DNA of 64,000 nucleotides, taken from positions 1 through 64,000 of the IMG/VR virus record IMGVR_UViG_3300010430_000020; one strand, written 5' to 3'. The notes beneath the pieces were generated by a model. It saw only the letters and a program-made list of their open reading frames with translations. It made no database searches and had not been told where the DNA came from. Every line of letters begins with the position of its first letter. Within the stretch, counting starts at the first letter, position 1. Origin of the DNA: a virus. The position numbers were made by a program, and so were the translations under genes. Positions 26,220 to 36,422 of the stretch are shown here, one piece after another.

Positions 26220-26552
26220 TTATTTTTCGAAATTGTTTTCTTTGAGTATCTTACTCAGGTGCCTGTTACCATCCAACCAAACATCTGCCAGATATCTCCC
26301 GTATTTTCCTTTTTTGTCCTTCTGTGTTCTGAGCACAACTTCGGTACCTTCGGGCAGCAATTCTTGTACAAATGCCTTTGCCTCCTGTGCTCTCTTTCGT
26401 TCGTTTAAATCTTTGGAACGCAACTCTGGGGTATCAATATCCAGTAGGCGCACTTTTTCCTTATGAAGAACCGTGCTGAACCCCATATCAATATCAACTT
26501 CCAGAGTATCACCATCGATAACCCTGCGCACGACCGCTCGGTACTCATACAT
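26220..26552 (-). CDS. Thermonuclease (SNase) family protein
   Basis: VIDGDT, VRLLDIDTPE, GKYGRYLA. Confidence 0.9.
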   Translation of the reverse strand: MYEYRAVVRRVIDGDTLEVDIDMGFSTVLHKEKVRLLDIDTPELRSKDLNERKRAQEAKAFVQELLPEGTEVVLRTQKDKKGKYGRYLADVWLDGNRHLSKILKENNFEK

Positions 26553-27123
26553 CTGATCGATAATCCTCAGAGATGTTTGTTATTTCTTGAATGATTTCAG
26601 TAGTGGTACCATTACAAATGTAATGGTTTGGATCATATACTAGCAGGAGGTCCAGTATGGCCTTGTCTATTTCTTGTGATTCCTCAAGGGTATGAACTCT
26701 GCCGTTTGATGTGTGGTATTTATTGTTGCGCTGGATGTAATAGTTGATATTGTTGAATTGTGCGAAGGTTTCTAGGAAAAACTGTTCCTGCAAATAGATA
26801 TAATCCTCATCGAAAAACTTTTTTTCTGTGCGTTTGAGGAAAAATTTTAGGTATACTGCATTGAGCAACAGCGGGCTATCGCAGATAACAAAATCTACCT
26901 TGTCCAATAATCTGTAGATGCGCCGATACTGCTCGGCAAACAATTTGATCTGGTTGTGCAGTAGGGAGACATTGCCTTCCCAGGTCACATCCTTGGCATA
27001 CTCTGATGCCAACTCACAATTAATACCATCCTGCTTCATCAATGAATAGATGCCGGTTGCAATCGTGGATTTGCCGGTTCCTGGGCCTCCTATGATGTTG
27101 ATGACTTGAGTCTTAGTGTCCAT
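26545..27123 (-). CDS. P-loop kinase/ATPase (AAA_28, NadR-like)
   Basis: GGPGTGKST, EYAKD, ICDSPL, GR.H...ES..ID. Confidence 0.85.
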   Translation of the reverse strand: MDTKTQVINIIGGPGTGKSTIATGIYSLMKQDGINCELASEYAKDVTWEGNVSLLHNQIKLFAEQYRRIYRLLDKVDFVICDSPLLLNAVYLKFFLKRTEKKFFDEDYIYLQEQFFLETFAQFNNINYYIQRNNKYHTSNGRVHTLEESQEIDKAILDLLLVYDPNHYICNGTTTEIIQEITNISEDYRSDV

Positions 27124-27301
27124 TGTAATAACCCTTCATATGTCTTGTAGTTTGGTCTACCATCTGCCGTTGGGCCGTAATCCCAATCGGTTCAAATACT
27201 TGCTTCCAAATATCAAAAGTGACCTTACCCTCGACATCGTAGTTTATTTTCGTTGCGATGCTATTCCATACATCTAGTTTAAATTTATGTGGATTATTCA
27301 T
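27113..27301 (-). CDS. hypothetical protein (62 aa)
   Basis: Start placed at MNNPHK (AAGGA upstream). Confidence 0.55.
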   Translation of the reverse strand: MNNPHKFKLDVWNSIATKINYDVEGKVTFDIWKQVFEPIGITAQRQMVDQTTRHMKGYYNGH

Positions 27302-27491
27302 TCCGTTTCCTTGCGGTCTTACACACCACTTCTCCTTCATGGATAGAATAATCCACCATACCGTCTTCGCCCATACAGACCGAGATAATATAGGTATCAT
27401 CACCCAAAGATGATGATCCTTTTATGCAGCCGATCATAGGCATTCTTTCCCCGTTAATGAACAAAACTTCATCGTTACTTTTATATTTCAT
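27294..27491 (-). CDS. hypothetical protein
   Basis: Start placed at MKYKS, overlapping the primase end. Confidence 0.55.
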   Translation of the reverse strand: MKYKSNDEVLFINGERMPMIGCIKGSSSLGDDTYIISVCMGEDGMVDYSIHEGEVVCKTARKRNE

Positions 27492-28473
27492 GTACCTTTC
27501 TCCACTCATTCAGTTTTACCTTGGCTGATAATCCTCGATACAAGTTCTCCCATATGATCTCTTCTGGATTCAGTCCGACCAACACCATATCATTGATGTC
27601 CTTCTGTTCGATATAATCCGGCCAGATACAGACTCGATAGTACTCATCGATCTTCTTTTCATACTTCTTGATAATCTCTACATTTCTGGGCTCATTATCA
27701 TACACAATGATCGCATTATCAGCATCCATCGAATGGAAATCCGCGCCTGCCATCGCGCAGGCATTCGACAAGAACATTGCATCGAATGGCCCCTCGGTGA
27801 TGAAATACGGTTTGTTGAAGTCGCACTTATCCCAATTCCAAAGCTTGGGTTGATCCTCATCGAGCATGATCGTGATGTAACGCAGCTCTGTAGTATATAG
27901 AGCGCGGCCCTGGAAGCCGAATAGAGTCCCCCCAGGCTTGAAGAATGGGATCACAACCCGCGCATCTGACTTGCCAACGTACTCAAACTTTCCTGGGAAA
28001 ACTGAATTAGTGAAGCCCCGGAAGTTGTCTGTGTATCTCAGATCGTTATACCACTTCGATGGTATCTTGCGCCGGTCTAGCCACTGGCGGGCATGGTGGT
28101 GCTGATCCAGGGAATTGATGGTAGGGAGGGTATCCAGAGCATTCAGATTGGTATGTACCGGCTCCGGCTCAAGAATATCTGCAGTAATCTTGATGTTATC
28201 ATGATCAACCAGAGACTCTTTTACATACTCCTGGTACATGCCATAGTCGAGGTCTTTCAGGAAATACTTGAGAGTCGTGGATTTGCCACAGTTGTGGCAG
28301 TAGTAGAAGAACTTGCCCTTGTTCTCAATCAGGTAGCCGCGCGCCTTGCGCGTATTCGTTTCCGAATCGCCACAGTACCAGCACGAGAAGTTGAAGAGTC
28401 TGGCAGATTTTTTCTTGAAATTGCGGAGATATGTACGGGTAAGTTCAGCGTACTTAGAGTCTATATATGACAT
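27481..28473 (-). CDS. 61: DNA primase (T4 gp61)
   Basis: C..CGDS...KARG, CHNC, FQGR, TEGPFDA, YDNEPRN, KDIND. Confidence 0.95.
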   Translation of the reverse strand: MSYIDSKYAELTRTYLRNFKKKSARLFNFSCWYCGDSETNTRKARGYLIENKGKFFYYCHNCGKSTTLKYFLKDLDYGMYQEYVKESLVDHDNIKITADILEPEPVHTNLNALDTLPTINSLDQHHHARQWLDRRKIPSKWYNDLRYTDNFRGFTNSVFPGKFEYVGKSDARVVIPFFKPGGTLFGFQGRALYTTELRYITIMLDEDQPKLWNWDKCDFNKPYFITEGPFDAMFLSNACAMAGADFHSMDADNAIIVYDNEPRNVEIIKKYEKKIDEYYRVCIWPDYIEQKDINDMVLVGLNPEEIIWENLYRGLSAKVKLNEWRKVHEI

Positions 28474-28497
28474 AACAAACTGGGTAGCACTAAAGCA

Positions 28498-28845
28498 TTA
28501 TGGAGTCAACTGGCTCTTCAATTTCTTGTTCTTATCTAGCTGTGACATCAAGCGCTTCAGTGTACGTGTCTTTTTTTCCTTCTTGTCCTTCAACCCGAGT
28601 AGGGGAGGAGCATAATCAACCTCACCACCGCCGCCATTACCATCCGTTCCAGAAGACCCCATTTGGTTAGCCGGGCCAGTGCCTTCATCTTCCCTGACGT
28701 ACTGTTCCCTCAATTTCTTGTTCTTTTCCTTCCAGGCGGCGGCATATAGCACCTTCTCCCAGCGATCACCATACTGCTCTTTAAAGCCCGACTTGCGGTC
28801 TCTGATCCAATCTTCCATTCCTGGCGGGGCGGTCTCTTTGATCAT
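28498..28845 (-). CDS. hypothetical, probable late/head-associated protein
   Basis: APPG...FK..YG...YA.AWK motif; lies in the late block. Confidence 0.65.
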   Translation of the reverse strand: MIKETAPPGMEDWIRDRKSGFKEQYGDRWEKVLYAAAWKEKNKKLREQYVREDEGTGPANQMGSSGTDGNGGGGEVDYAPPLLGLKDKKEKKTRTLKRLMSQLDKNKKLKSQLTP

Positions 28846-29234
28846 ATCTGTCGAAGCCTCTGTGCTATAGTATTATCGATAGGCCATTCATCTGTGTAAA
28901 TAATCTCCTCCTCATCAACATTGTACAGCATATCTGGCATGGAATTCAACAAGATCAAGAATGGAGTGATGTATTTAATTTGAGGACGCATCTTCAGGTA
29001 TAGTATTCGTGGTAGGTGGCGGGGACCGAATACATTGTATAACGTCATGACATGGTTAAGGATCAACTGTTCTCGTAACTCACCTCTTTGTTCATAACGA
29101 GTAATCAATTTTTTAATATACTTAATTCTGTTCAAGTCTTCCCTGAACTCCTCAATATCAATACATTGTGGATTGTCATAGTGTTTAGCGCAGTACAGGA
29201 AGTAGTTCTTGTGAGTAAGAGGTTCCAGTATCAT
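28842..29234 (-). CDS. conserved T4-like hypothetical protein
   Basis: HYDNPQC...EF.EDL.RIKYIK.L...LILNH...YNVFG. Confidence 0.8.
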   Translation of the reverse strand: MILEPLTHKNYFLYCAKHYDNPQCIDIEEFREDLNRIKYIKKLITRYEQRGELREQLILNHVMTLYNVFGPRHLPRILYLKMRPQIKYITPFLILLNSMPDMLYNVDEEEIIYTDEWPIDNTIAQRLRQI

Positions 29235-29237
29235 CCA

Positions 29238-29543
29238 TTAAAAGGTTTCTAAAGTAATCCGTCTAATAGTATCATCTGCAATTGCAATATAGAGATAGTT
29301 ACCATCATACCAGATACGTCCTTTCGGCACAGTATCAGTAGATGTAGATGGTGTATTACTATTAACAGCAAATATCTGATTAGCACGAGCAACATTAACA
29401 GTTACGTTAGCAGCCGAGTTGTTAAAGAAATTTTGAATTGTACACTTTTCAGTATTCGACCCTGAGTTGGCCACGAGTACCACGAAATCGTTTGATGAAG
29501 GTGCAGTACACGCAACCAGCTCAGATATTTTTCTACTAGCCAT
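29238..29543 (-). CDS. probable virion/fibre-associated protein
   Basis: KISEL N-terminus; G.IWYD.NYLYIA C-terminus typical of fibre modules. Confidence 0.6.
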   Translation of the reverse strand: MASRKISELVACTAPSSNDFVVLVANSGSNTEKCTIQNFFNNSAANVTVNVARANQIFAVNSNTPSTSTDTVPKGRIWYDGNYLYIAIADDTIRRITLETF

Positions 29544-29553
29544 TAGTTACCTA

Positions 29554-30393
29554 TTATGTATTAGGGAATGCTACGTCTTCATCATCACCACTGATTCCAC
29601 AAGCCACCAGAACCTCTGCCTGAACGCGACCTGCGCGACCACCAGTGCCTTTAGTGACGAGTACATGGCCGCTGTGAGCAACAGACTGGGCATCATTGAA
29701 TTTAGATGTAGTGATATTCACCAGAACATTAGCGCCCGTCTGATCACCCTCTGGGGTCAGCAAGAAGTTGCTGCTGCCTGGGCTTGCGGTATAACTTCCT
29801 TCGGTAGCCACCGAAAGTACTTGCGCACCCAACTCAACATTCAGAACCAAACTGGTACCAGTGCCCGTGACATTAGTTGTTGCTGGGTTAGCACTCGGCA
29901 CATCAGCAGAGTTAGCATATGAGCCCGGTTTGATGAGGACAATAGATTCAACATTGCCGGTAGCGTTTGCAGTCACCTGGAATGTTGCAGCGATACCTTC
30001 GCCTTCATCTAATGCAACAATATCACCGGTCGTATAATCCTGACCAGCGGCTGTGTTGACAGCATAGGTTGAGACTTGAACCGTTTCGACATTGATTACT
30101 GCATTGGTAGATGATGCGAGATTTGCCGTAAACTGGGTAGTTCCGTTTGATGTAATCAAAACACCAATACCCGCATTAGCGCCTGGAACAGCGCCAATAA
30201 TTTTGTATAGGTCGTATGTTGTTTCGTTATCGGCTACACCATAGGTACCAACTGTTGCACCAGTAACGAATGCGTCACCAGTATTGTTACCAAATAGCGC
30301 ATCACGGTTAGCACTATTGGCAGGCAGTTTTACACTAGTCGGTCCCCACAATACACTATTAGCAGCCGAGTCGTCGTTTTGCCATTGTGCCAT
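29554..30393 (-). CDS. probable virion structural (decoration) protein
   Basis: A/T/N/G-rich; C-terminal HSG...GGRAGRVQAEVLVA motif of T4-like virion proteins. Confidence 0.7.
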   Translation of the reverse strand: MAQWQNDDSAANSVLWGPTSVKLPANSANRDALFGNNTGDAFVTGATVGTYGVADNETTYDLYKIIGAVPGANAGIGVLITSNGTTQFTANLASSTNAVINVETVQVSTYAVNTAAGQDYTTGDIVALDEGEGIAATFQVTANATGNVESIVLIKPGSYANSADVPSANPATTNVTGTGTSLVLNVELGAQVLSVATEGSYTASPGSSNFLLTPEGDQTGANVLVNITTSKFNDAQSVAHSGHVLVTKGTGGRAGRVQAEVLVACGISGDDEDVAFPNT

Positions 30394-30395
30394 TT

Positions 30396-30977
30396 TTATT
30401 TTTCCTTGTCTTCTGTATCTTTAAGCAACATATCTAACATGTATTTAGATGTTTCGGAAAGTTCTTTCTTCTCTCCATCAATGGTTACTTCTAGACCTTT
30501 CCTACGTTCAACACGGCGATCTCTCGCAGTTCGTTTTACTCGTTTTGGTGCCATTGAAATTCTAGACCCCACAGTAATTCCGTCGATATGATCAATCGAC
30601 GTGAGTTGTCTCTGTTTTGCCAGACGCTCTTCTTTGCGCTGGCGCTTGCGATCTTCATGTTCCTGTTTGCTAACCCGCTCGTGGTGTTTAGGACGAAGAG
30701 GTGCATCCTTTTTAACATCCAGATCAGGTTTCTTGAACAGTACTCTCTCATCCTTCTTTTTTGGCGTCTCTTTCAGGACCGGCTCCTCAATTTTGGGGGC
30801 GGCCTTGCGAGGCTTAGGAGAAGGAACATTCACTGTTTCATCTGTTGCAACAGGATCAGGCTCGATCACAGGTAGATCGCCAACCACTGCTTCTGCTGTC
30901 GTATTGATAGCCTGAAGTTCATCCGGGGTTGGTATCTTGAACAGAACCTTCTTACTTGTCGTGTTCGACTCGCTCAT
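30396..30977 (-). CDS. hypothetical late protein
   Basis: Charged low-complexity ORF. Confidence 0.65.
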   Translation of the reverse strand: MSESNTTSKKVLFKIPTPDELQAINTTAEAVVGDLPVIEPDPVATDETVNVPSPKPRKAAPKIEEPVLKETPKKKDERVLFKKPDLDVKKDAPLRPKHHERVSKQEHEDRKRQRKEERLAKQRQLTSIDHIDGITVGSRISMAPKRVKRTARDRRVERRKGLEVTIDGEKKELSETSKYMLDMLLKDTEDKEK

Positions 30978-31401
30978 CAGCTACTTCCTCTTCTGCTTCT
31001 GCTTCTTCTTCGGCCAGCATTTCCAAAATCAAATGCTCAACTTCATCCTCAGAAAAACCTTCACTCAGAAGATGCTCGATGTGCGGAGACAGCTCTTCTT
31101 CGAGGGCAGAAATAATTTCTTCCTCAGTAAGTTCAACTTCTGTCTCTTCAACTTCTTCACTCTCACCAGTCAGCTTCTTCTTGTACTTGTCCACAGTGGA
31201 CTTAGGAGCTGACTTTGTTCCATCCTTGCTGTAAACCATCTTATCTCCATCCTTGTTAGGATCAATGGCATTTGGCTTCCCATCAGCCATTTCTTGAACT
31301 TCCTCTTCCTTTTCAGGGATCAAAACTTTAGCAAGAGCTGCTTTGAAAGAAGGAGTCACAAATTTCTTATCGTAATGCATCTTAGTCCTCTTATGTTTCA
31401 A
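30952..31401 (-). CDS. highly acidic late protein (scaffold/core-like)
   Basis: Glu-rich C-terminus. Confidence 0.65.
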   Translation of the reverse strand: MKHKRTKMHYDKKFVTPSFKAALAKVLIPEKEEEVQEMADGKPNAIDPNKDGDKMVYSKDGTKSAPKSTVDKYKKKLTGESEEVEETEVELTEEEIISALEEELSPHIEHLLSEGFSEDEVEHLILEMLAEEEAEAEEEVADERVEHDK

Positions 31402-31720
31402 TGATTTTTCTAAATCGTTGGTTTGTTCTATTTCTTTTAAGATGTCTGAGAGTTTCTATGTTCTTATTTATAGTATTGCGAAGGCTATCGATGGGGTTAC
31501 CAACGACCTGATCAGCCCCCTTCTTAACAAGCTCATGCGCCCTAGCAACATCAGGGTTGGGAGATGTTCCCTTATTACGAATATTGCGAAGAACGGCCAC
31601 CATCATTTCTCTGGGCGTTGCTTTGTGACCCAACATGATTGGGTCGCGCGGCACCATTGTATTATCTCGCATTCTTGAATAAGGTTTAGATTTCATGTTC
31701 TTGTTTTTCTTTTGGTACAC
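31391..31720 (-). CDS. hypothetical basic protein
   Basis: ORF track. Confidence 0.6.
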   Translation of the reverse strand: MYQKKNKNMKSKPYSRMRDNTMVPRDPIMLGHKATPREMMVAVLRNIRNKGTSPNPDVARAHELVKKGADQVVGNPIDSLRNTINKNIETLRHLKRNRTNQRFRKIIET

Positions 31721-31904
31721 ACTTGAATCGTGCTATTTTATATCTTGGGTGTGTTGATTTCCATTTTGCTAATTCTACAGCACCGTAATGCTGACATTGC
31801 CAGGGAGTTACCCATTTTTTATTCTCTAAAAAAGTTACAGTATAGTCGTTACAAATTTGTGGGTTGGTCCCTATAACGCAAGCTGTAAAGGCAAGAATGA
31901 TCAT
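31686..31904 (-). CDS. small exported 4-Cys protein
   Basis: MIILAFTAC...C...C...LA.W...HP.Y...F.C. Confidence 0.65.
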   Translation of the reverse strand: MIILAFTACVIGTNPQICNDYTVTFLENKKWVTPWQCQHYGAVELAKWKSTHPRYKIARFKCVPKEKQEHEI

Positions 31905-32131
31905 GTATCATTTCCTTTTGTAGTTTCTTTCCATTTGGTGGTAGCAGACATTGTGCGTTTTTGTTGTTTTGCACGATTGCGTCTGGCTTCCTCCTCACGT
32001 TTCCTCTTTTCCATATCTGTAGTGGTGCGCTGCTGTTCACCCGAACGGGCAGCATTTCTCTGGCGGCGAGCGCCTCCGGGTCCAAGTCTATTCATAATCA
32101 TTTCGTGGAGTTTCTCTACAATATTAGCCAC
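31901..32131 (-). CDS. basic hypothetical protein
   Basis: ORF track; coupled to neighbours. Confidence 0.6.
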   Translation of the reverse strand: MANIVEKLHEMIMNRLGPGGARRQRNAARSGEQQRTTTDMEKRKREEEARRNRAKQQKRTMSATTKWKETTKGNDT

Positions 32132-32813
32132 GGCCTAGTTTCCCCATCATGCGCTGTAATAGCGATTTCTTGGCTGCGGGCGGCTCTTCTGTCTTGGACA
32201 CTGATGATCTAGGAGCAGAACGCGGTTCCATACCACGCGGCCTCTTGAATGCTCTGTCATTAACCCTCTTGGCTTCCTGTGGGGAGACCTCTAGGTTACG
32301 TTTAAAGTTGTCACTAGCCTCTTTTTTCCACTTATTTTTGATGCGGCCCATTGCAGCCGTGGCCACAACCTTTTCCTGTGGAGACTTGGCATTATCACGC
32401 ATTTTCTTGATGTGATGATGCCCATCATCGGCTTCGTGTTTTTTTATGCTGTCCCGAAACTCGGGGCGAACATTCTCATCCAAGTTTTCTTTCAGTGCTT
32501 TTCTTTTCATCGATCTGTATGTCCCGTATCTACGCAGCACATGCTGTCTAACTTTTTCGTAAATGGCATCATTGGTCAGTACTGTATCTACAATCTTTTC
32601 TAGGACACCAAAAATTCTTTCTCTATAATCCTGAAACCGTGCATTCCTATTTACATCCTGGAAAGCAATCAGGGTTCGCTGAAGTCGTTCTCGTTTCTCC
32701 AACCCAATTCTTAGCAGGTGGATAAATCGTGATCTGGCCCTTCTATTTGTGGTAATGACTGATTTACTAAGATCAGCCCCCAGGCGCTTACCTGGGACAT
32801 CCCTATCACTCAT
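32124..32813 (-). CDS. basic hypothetical late protein
   Basis: ORF track; coupled to neighbours. Confidence 0.7.
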   Translation of the reverse strand: MSDRDVPGKRLGADLSKSVITTNRRARSRFIHLLRIGLEKRERLQRTLIAFQDVNRNARFQDYRERIFGVLEKIVDTVLTNDAIYEKVRQHVLRRYGTYRSMKRKALKENLDENVRPEFRDSIKKHEADDGHHHIKKMRDNAKSPQEKVVATAAMGRIKNKWKKEASDNFKRNLEVSPQEAKRVNDRAFKRPRGMEPRSAPRSSVSKTEEPPAAKKSLLQRMMGKLGRG

Positions 32814-33322
32814 CGTTGTTTACGACCATGTAATTTCTTCTTGTGACGTGGATCATTCTTACCATCCTTGACACCAACCAGCTCTCCACGCAGACGATCA
32901 GCTTCAGCCCGCTTCACAGCAGGTCTCAGAATTCTTGTGAGTTTCTTGGTGATTGCTTTACCAGCGCCCTTCTCGATCATCTTATCGATGGCGACCTTAT
33001 CAGCCATCCCCAGCTTTCTATATTGCTGGCCCCGCTTACCGGCAGAGCGTTTACGCATGATCGATCTGGCAAGTCGTTGAGCGCGAATCTTCAGGTTCTT
33101 ATCGGGAGCAAACTTAACGCGAGCTTTCTTGCGAGCAACAGCCAGCTTACGTGCTGTCCGTATCATACGCTGTGCAAGCTTCCTACGATTGGCGACAGAT
33201 AGTGCCTCCATCATAGACTGTGTTTTTTTATTGGTTATCTCAGGCCGAAAGTCCAGAAAAGGATTAAAGTTCCGCTTCTTCTGTTCTTTTTCTTCTTCTT
33301 TTTTATCGGTTTTTTTAGCCAT
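32810..33322 (-). CDS. very basic probable internal head protein
   Basis: MMEALSVANRRKLAQRM pattern; upstream CTAAATA late-type element. Confidence 0.7.
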   Translation of the reverse strand: MAKKTDKKEEEKEQKKRNFNPFLDFRPEITNKKTQSMMEALSVANRRKLAQRMIRTARKLAVARKKARVKFAPDKNLKIRAQRLARSIMRKRSAGKRGQQYRKLGMADKVAIDKMIEKGAGKAITKKLTRILRPAVKRAEADRLRGELVGVKDGKNDPRHKKKLHGRKQR

Positions 33323-33370
33323 AATGTGCCCATTTATTATTTTTCTTGTTTATTTAGGCAATTTCTGAGC

Positions 33371-34015
33371 TTAATTGGGGAGCCAGATATAGTCGGACAT
33401 TGAGGCATGTTTCATCTTATACCCCAGGCTTTGCATTAGCTGGCCCAATTCCTTATTCTTATTCTCGACAATAACAACTGGTTTGAACTTCTTGATTGTC
33501 TCGATGCCACCCCTGATGGCTTCTAGTTCATAACCTTCAATATCCAGTTGAATCATATCACACTTACGAACGCACAATGAATCGATTGTAAACATCGGCA
33601 CGCGCCCGGCCACTTCATTGTATACGGTAGTGAAAACACCTCGATTGGTCTTGACATGCTGATCATTGACAACACAGGTACCAACCTTTGGTCCGAGTGC
33701 TGCATGAAAATGATAGACATGTTTGCAGGGGGTGTTATAGGACATGCAATAGAAGTTTAACCAGTCAGGCTCAAATGCATATACATTCTTGAAGCGTTTG
33801 GCATATGCCCTGACATATACACCCATATTGGCACCGGCAGTGATGATAAGATCACTACCCTTCAGGTCTTCGAAATATTTGTGTCTGTGTGAATTCTTCC
33901 AGTCCGAGAACGGGCCTTTCCAGGCTCCTTGTTCGCCATGCGGCCACATCCATTGATCACCAAGTCCAGGCTCTAATTCTTGTTCGCGCATCTCGACCAG
34001 ACTAGCTACATTCAT
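33371..34015 (-). CDS. FkbM-family SAM methyltransferase
   Basis: AGANMG, VYAFEP, TIDSL, IQLDIEGYE, KPVVIVE. Confidence 0.85.
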   Translation of the reverse strand: MNVASLVEMREQELEPGLGDQWMWPHGEQGAWKGPFSDWKNSHRHKYFEDLKGSDLIITAGANMGVYVRAYAKRFKNVYAFEPDWLNFYCMSYNTPCKHVYHFHAALGPKVGTCVVNDQHVKTNRGVFTTVYNEVAGRVPMFTIDSLCVRKCDMIQLDIEGYELEAIRGGIETIKKFKPVVIVENKNKELGQLMQSLGYKMKHASMSDYIWLPN

Positions 34016-34019
34016 CGTG

Positions 34020-34370
34020 TTAGCTATTCTTGGCACGGATAGCTTCTTTGAGGACTTCTTTATTTTTCTCGACCACCGATTCTTTCCGCGACCTGATACG
34101 ACTCGCAGTGGTCTGGACACCCCAGTTTTCTTCGGCTTTTGCGTTAAATTCACCGGGCTTGTAAACCTTGTTTCCATCCGCAGATTTTACTTTCCCTGTG
34201 CCCTGCTCATAGTTACGAATGCCGTGTTGTCTGGCCAGCTCGCGGGATTGATATTCACCATAGTGCCTAGTGCCACTACCCTCTGGCTTCAGTTGTACCT
34301 CATGATAGGTTACGCGCTTTGGCTTTCCCATAATGCCGCGATGTACTACTTTGTAGATATGCTTTTCCAT
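34020..34370 (-). CDS. hypothetical protein
   Basis: AAGGAG SD; upstream CATAAATA. Confidence 0.65.
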   Translation of the reverse strand: MEKHIYKVVHRGIMGKPKRVTYHEVQLKPEGSGTRHYGEYQSRELARQHGIRNYEQGTGKVKSADGNKVYKPGEFNAKAEENWGVQTTASRIRSRKESVVEKNKEVLKEAIRAKNS

Positions 34371-34566
34371 ATGAACGCTCCTTTTTGCTAATATTTATGC
34401 GTTGAATGGATTTGTCAAGAAAAAACCACGGGGTAAACCCATTGAATGCGCCACCTGCATTGAGCCAATTGATCATGCTAACTGAGGATTTCTTGTTGGA
34501 TTGAGCAATCACATGACCTGTGTGTTCCTCGATTATTTTACCTCTATTGAACTTATATTTTCCCAT
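34300..34566 (-). CDS. hypothetical protein
   Basis: LNAGGAFNGFTPWFF motif seen after gp41 in T4-like phages. Confidence 0.6.
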   Translation of the reverse strand: MGKYKFNRGKIIEEHTGHVIAQSNKKSSVSMINWLNAGGAFNGFTPWFFLDKSIQRINISKKERSYGKAYLQSSTSRHYGKAKARNLS

Positions 34567-34775
34567 TGTTGATTAGCAGCCTCCTCTTTCTACCAAATTC
34601 TGCTGTATAAACTCTATCCTTATAGCCAATAGCAGAATGTGTACAGAACTGTACTTCTTTAAACATATCCGGGTAACCCTCCAAATAACTCATTGTGTAC
34701 TTTGGGTCTTTTATTCCTGGCGCATGATGTTTGGTTCGATGTTTGTCGCAATTCATGGTTTTCTGATAGTGCTGA

Positions 34776-36161
34776 CTAGAAAAAGCCATTGAACTTTGCT
34801 CTATCAATTTCGGACCTTCCCCCCATAGGTGTCTGGTCTGCAACTGGGCCATCGAGCACATCTTCCTGAGCTTCTTGGTCAACATCATAATACCTCATCT
34901 TAGGTTTATCTATTCCAATCACAAACCGGGTGTCGTGCGTCGGATCGCCCAGGCGATTCTTCAGTTGCTTGACCATTTGCTGATCCAGTTCATTCAGCTC
35001 ATCTGTTGAGATAAGGGCAAACATTAGGTCCGTCGTGGCAGGCAGTCCGAACGACTCCGCTGTGTCTTCTAAACCGGGGTCTGAGGAGGAAAATCCTGCT
35101 CTATTTGTTTGGGTAGCAGTGATTATAGGTATTGAGCACTCAACTGCGAGGCCCCTTAATTCCTCGGCAATTGCTTTGATGTACTCATATGATGACGACA
35201 TGCCACGACGAAGCCTAGATGAAGCACAGATATTGATGTAGTCTACATACATCACATCCGGCTTGAAATGTTTCTTGAGTTTCAGTTCATTTAGTAGGTG
35301 TTTGAAATTCAGTGAGGAGGCACTGGTTGTTGGATATTCCTTGATGATCAGCTTGCCTATTGTCTTGACCAGATTGATCCGGCGTTGATACTCATCCTTC
35401 TCAATCCTGGCTAGCTCGGCTATGGGTGTATCCAGGATATTTGCATCGATGCGCTCGGCAATACGCCAGTCCGCCATCTCTAGCGTGATATACAGCACAT
35501 TCCTGCCGCTCTGAAGGTCATGGGCGGCCTCTGAGCACATCCAGCGGGACTTACCCACCCCGGTACCTGCCAGGGCCACAGTGAGCGTCTTATCAGGTAA
35601 TCCGCCTCCTGATATTTTATTGAACATCTGTAGGGAGAATGGTTTGCGTACCTCAACACTGGTATAGTGGTGCCAGCGAGCCTCCCAGTCTTCCAGGAGG
35701 TTGTGTCCGATATTCGTATCGAATGAGACCGAAAGTGCCTTGGTCAGTATCTCGGGTATACTGCCTTTGGTGTCTGGTTTGTTTTCGGCAATATCAATCG
35801 ATGACAGCAGGGCAATATGAATCGCCCGCTCCTGACAGAAATGCTCAGTCTTGTCGATGATCCAGTCGAGATCGAAACTCTTCTCGGATCGGAGACCATC
35901 TATTGTGCTTTTTGTACTCTGAAATAGTTCTTGACTGAGATTGTCGGTATTTGACAGCTCTATCTGTAGGGCTTCTTTACTCGGGAGGGTATTGTATTTG
36001 GCGAGGTATTTGCCGATCAGTTTAAATAGAAGCTTCTCGGCCTTACCGTGGAAGTATTCCTCTCGAAGATAGGGCAGACACTTACGAACATAATCATCAT
36101 TCTCAATCAAATTCAGAAGGACGACTGTTTCTAATTTCAACGCTGATCCTTCTTGAGCCAC
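34776..36161 (-). CDS. 41: Replicative DNA helicase (T4 gp41)
   Basis: LAGTGVGKS, ITLEM, KEYPT, VDYINIC, ATQTNR, ESFGLPAT, KQLKNR. Confidence 0.96.
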   Translation of the reverse strand: MAQEGSALKLETVVLLNLIENDDYVRKCLPYLREEYFHGKAEKLLFKLIGKYLAKYNTLPSKEALQIELSNTDNLSQELFQSTKSTIDGLRSEKSFDLDWIIDKTEHFCQERAIHIALLSSIDIAENKPDTKGSIPEILTKALSVSFDTNIGHNLLEDWEARWHHYTSVEVRKPFSLQMFNKISGGGLPDKTLTVALAGTGVGKSRWMCSEAAHDLQSGRNVLYITLEMADWRIAERIDANILDTPIAELARIEKDEYQRRINLVKTIGKLIIKEYPTTSASSLNFKHLLNELKLKKHFKPDVMYVDYINICASSRLRRGMSSSYEYIKAIAEELRGLAVECSIPIITATQTNRAGFSSSDPGLEDTAESFGLPATTDLMFALISTDELNELDQQMVKQLKNRLGDPTHDTRFVIGIDKPKMRYYDVDQEAQEDVLDGPVADQTPMGGRSEIDRAKFNGFF

Positions 36162-36422
36162 CGTTCAATTCTGGCATCATTTTTCATTGCATCGCGCATC
36201 ATATCCAGCACCACATGTATGGCGACCTCTTCCGCCACGCGCGCAGTGATTCGCTCAACATCAATACCATCATATATGCTATGCACTGTGTTGACAATAA
36301 CCACTTGATTATTCAGGTTGAATACGACCTTGACATGATAATCCTTGAGGTCTTGCTCAATGATCATGGAGCCCTTGAAGAAGTTACCCCCCAGGTTGAG
36401 TTTGGTAATAACCACCCCCTGA

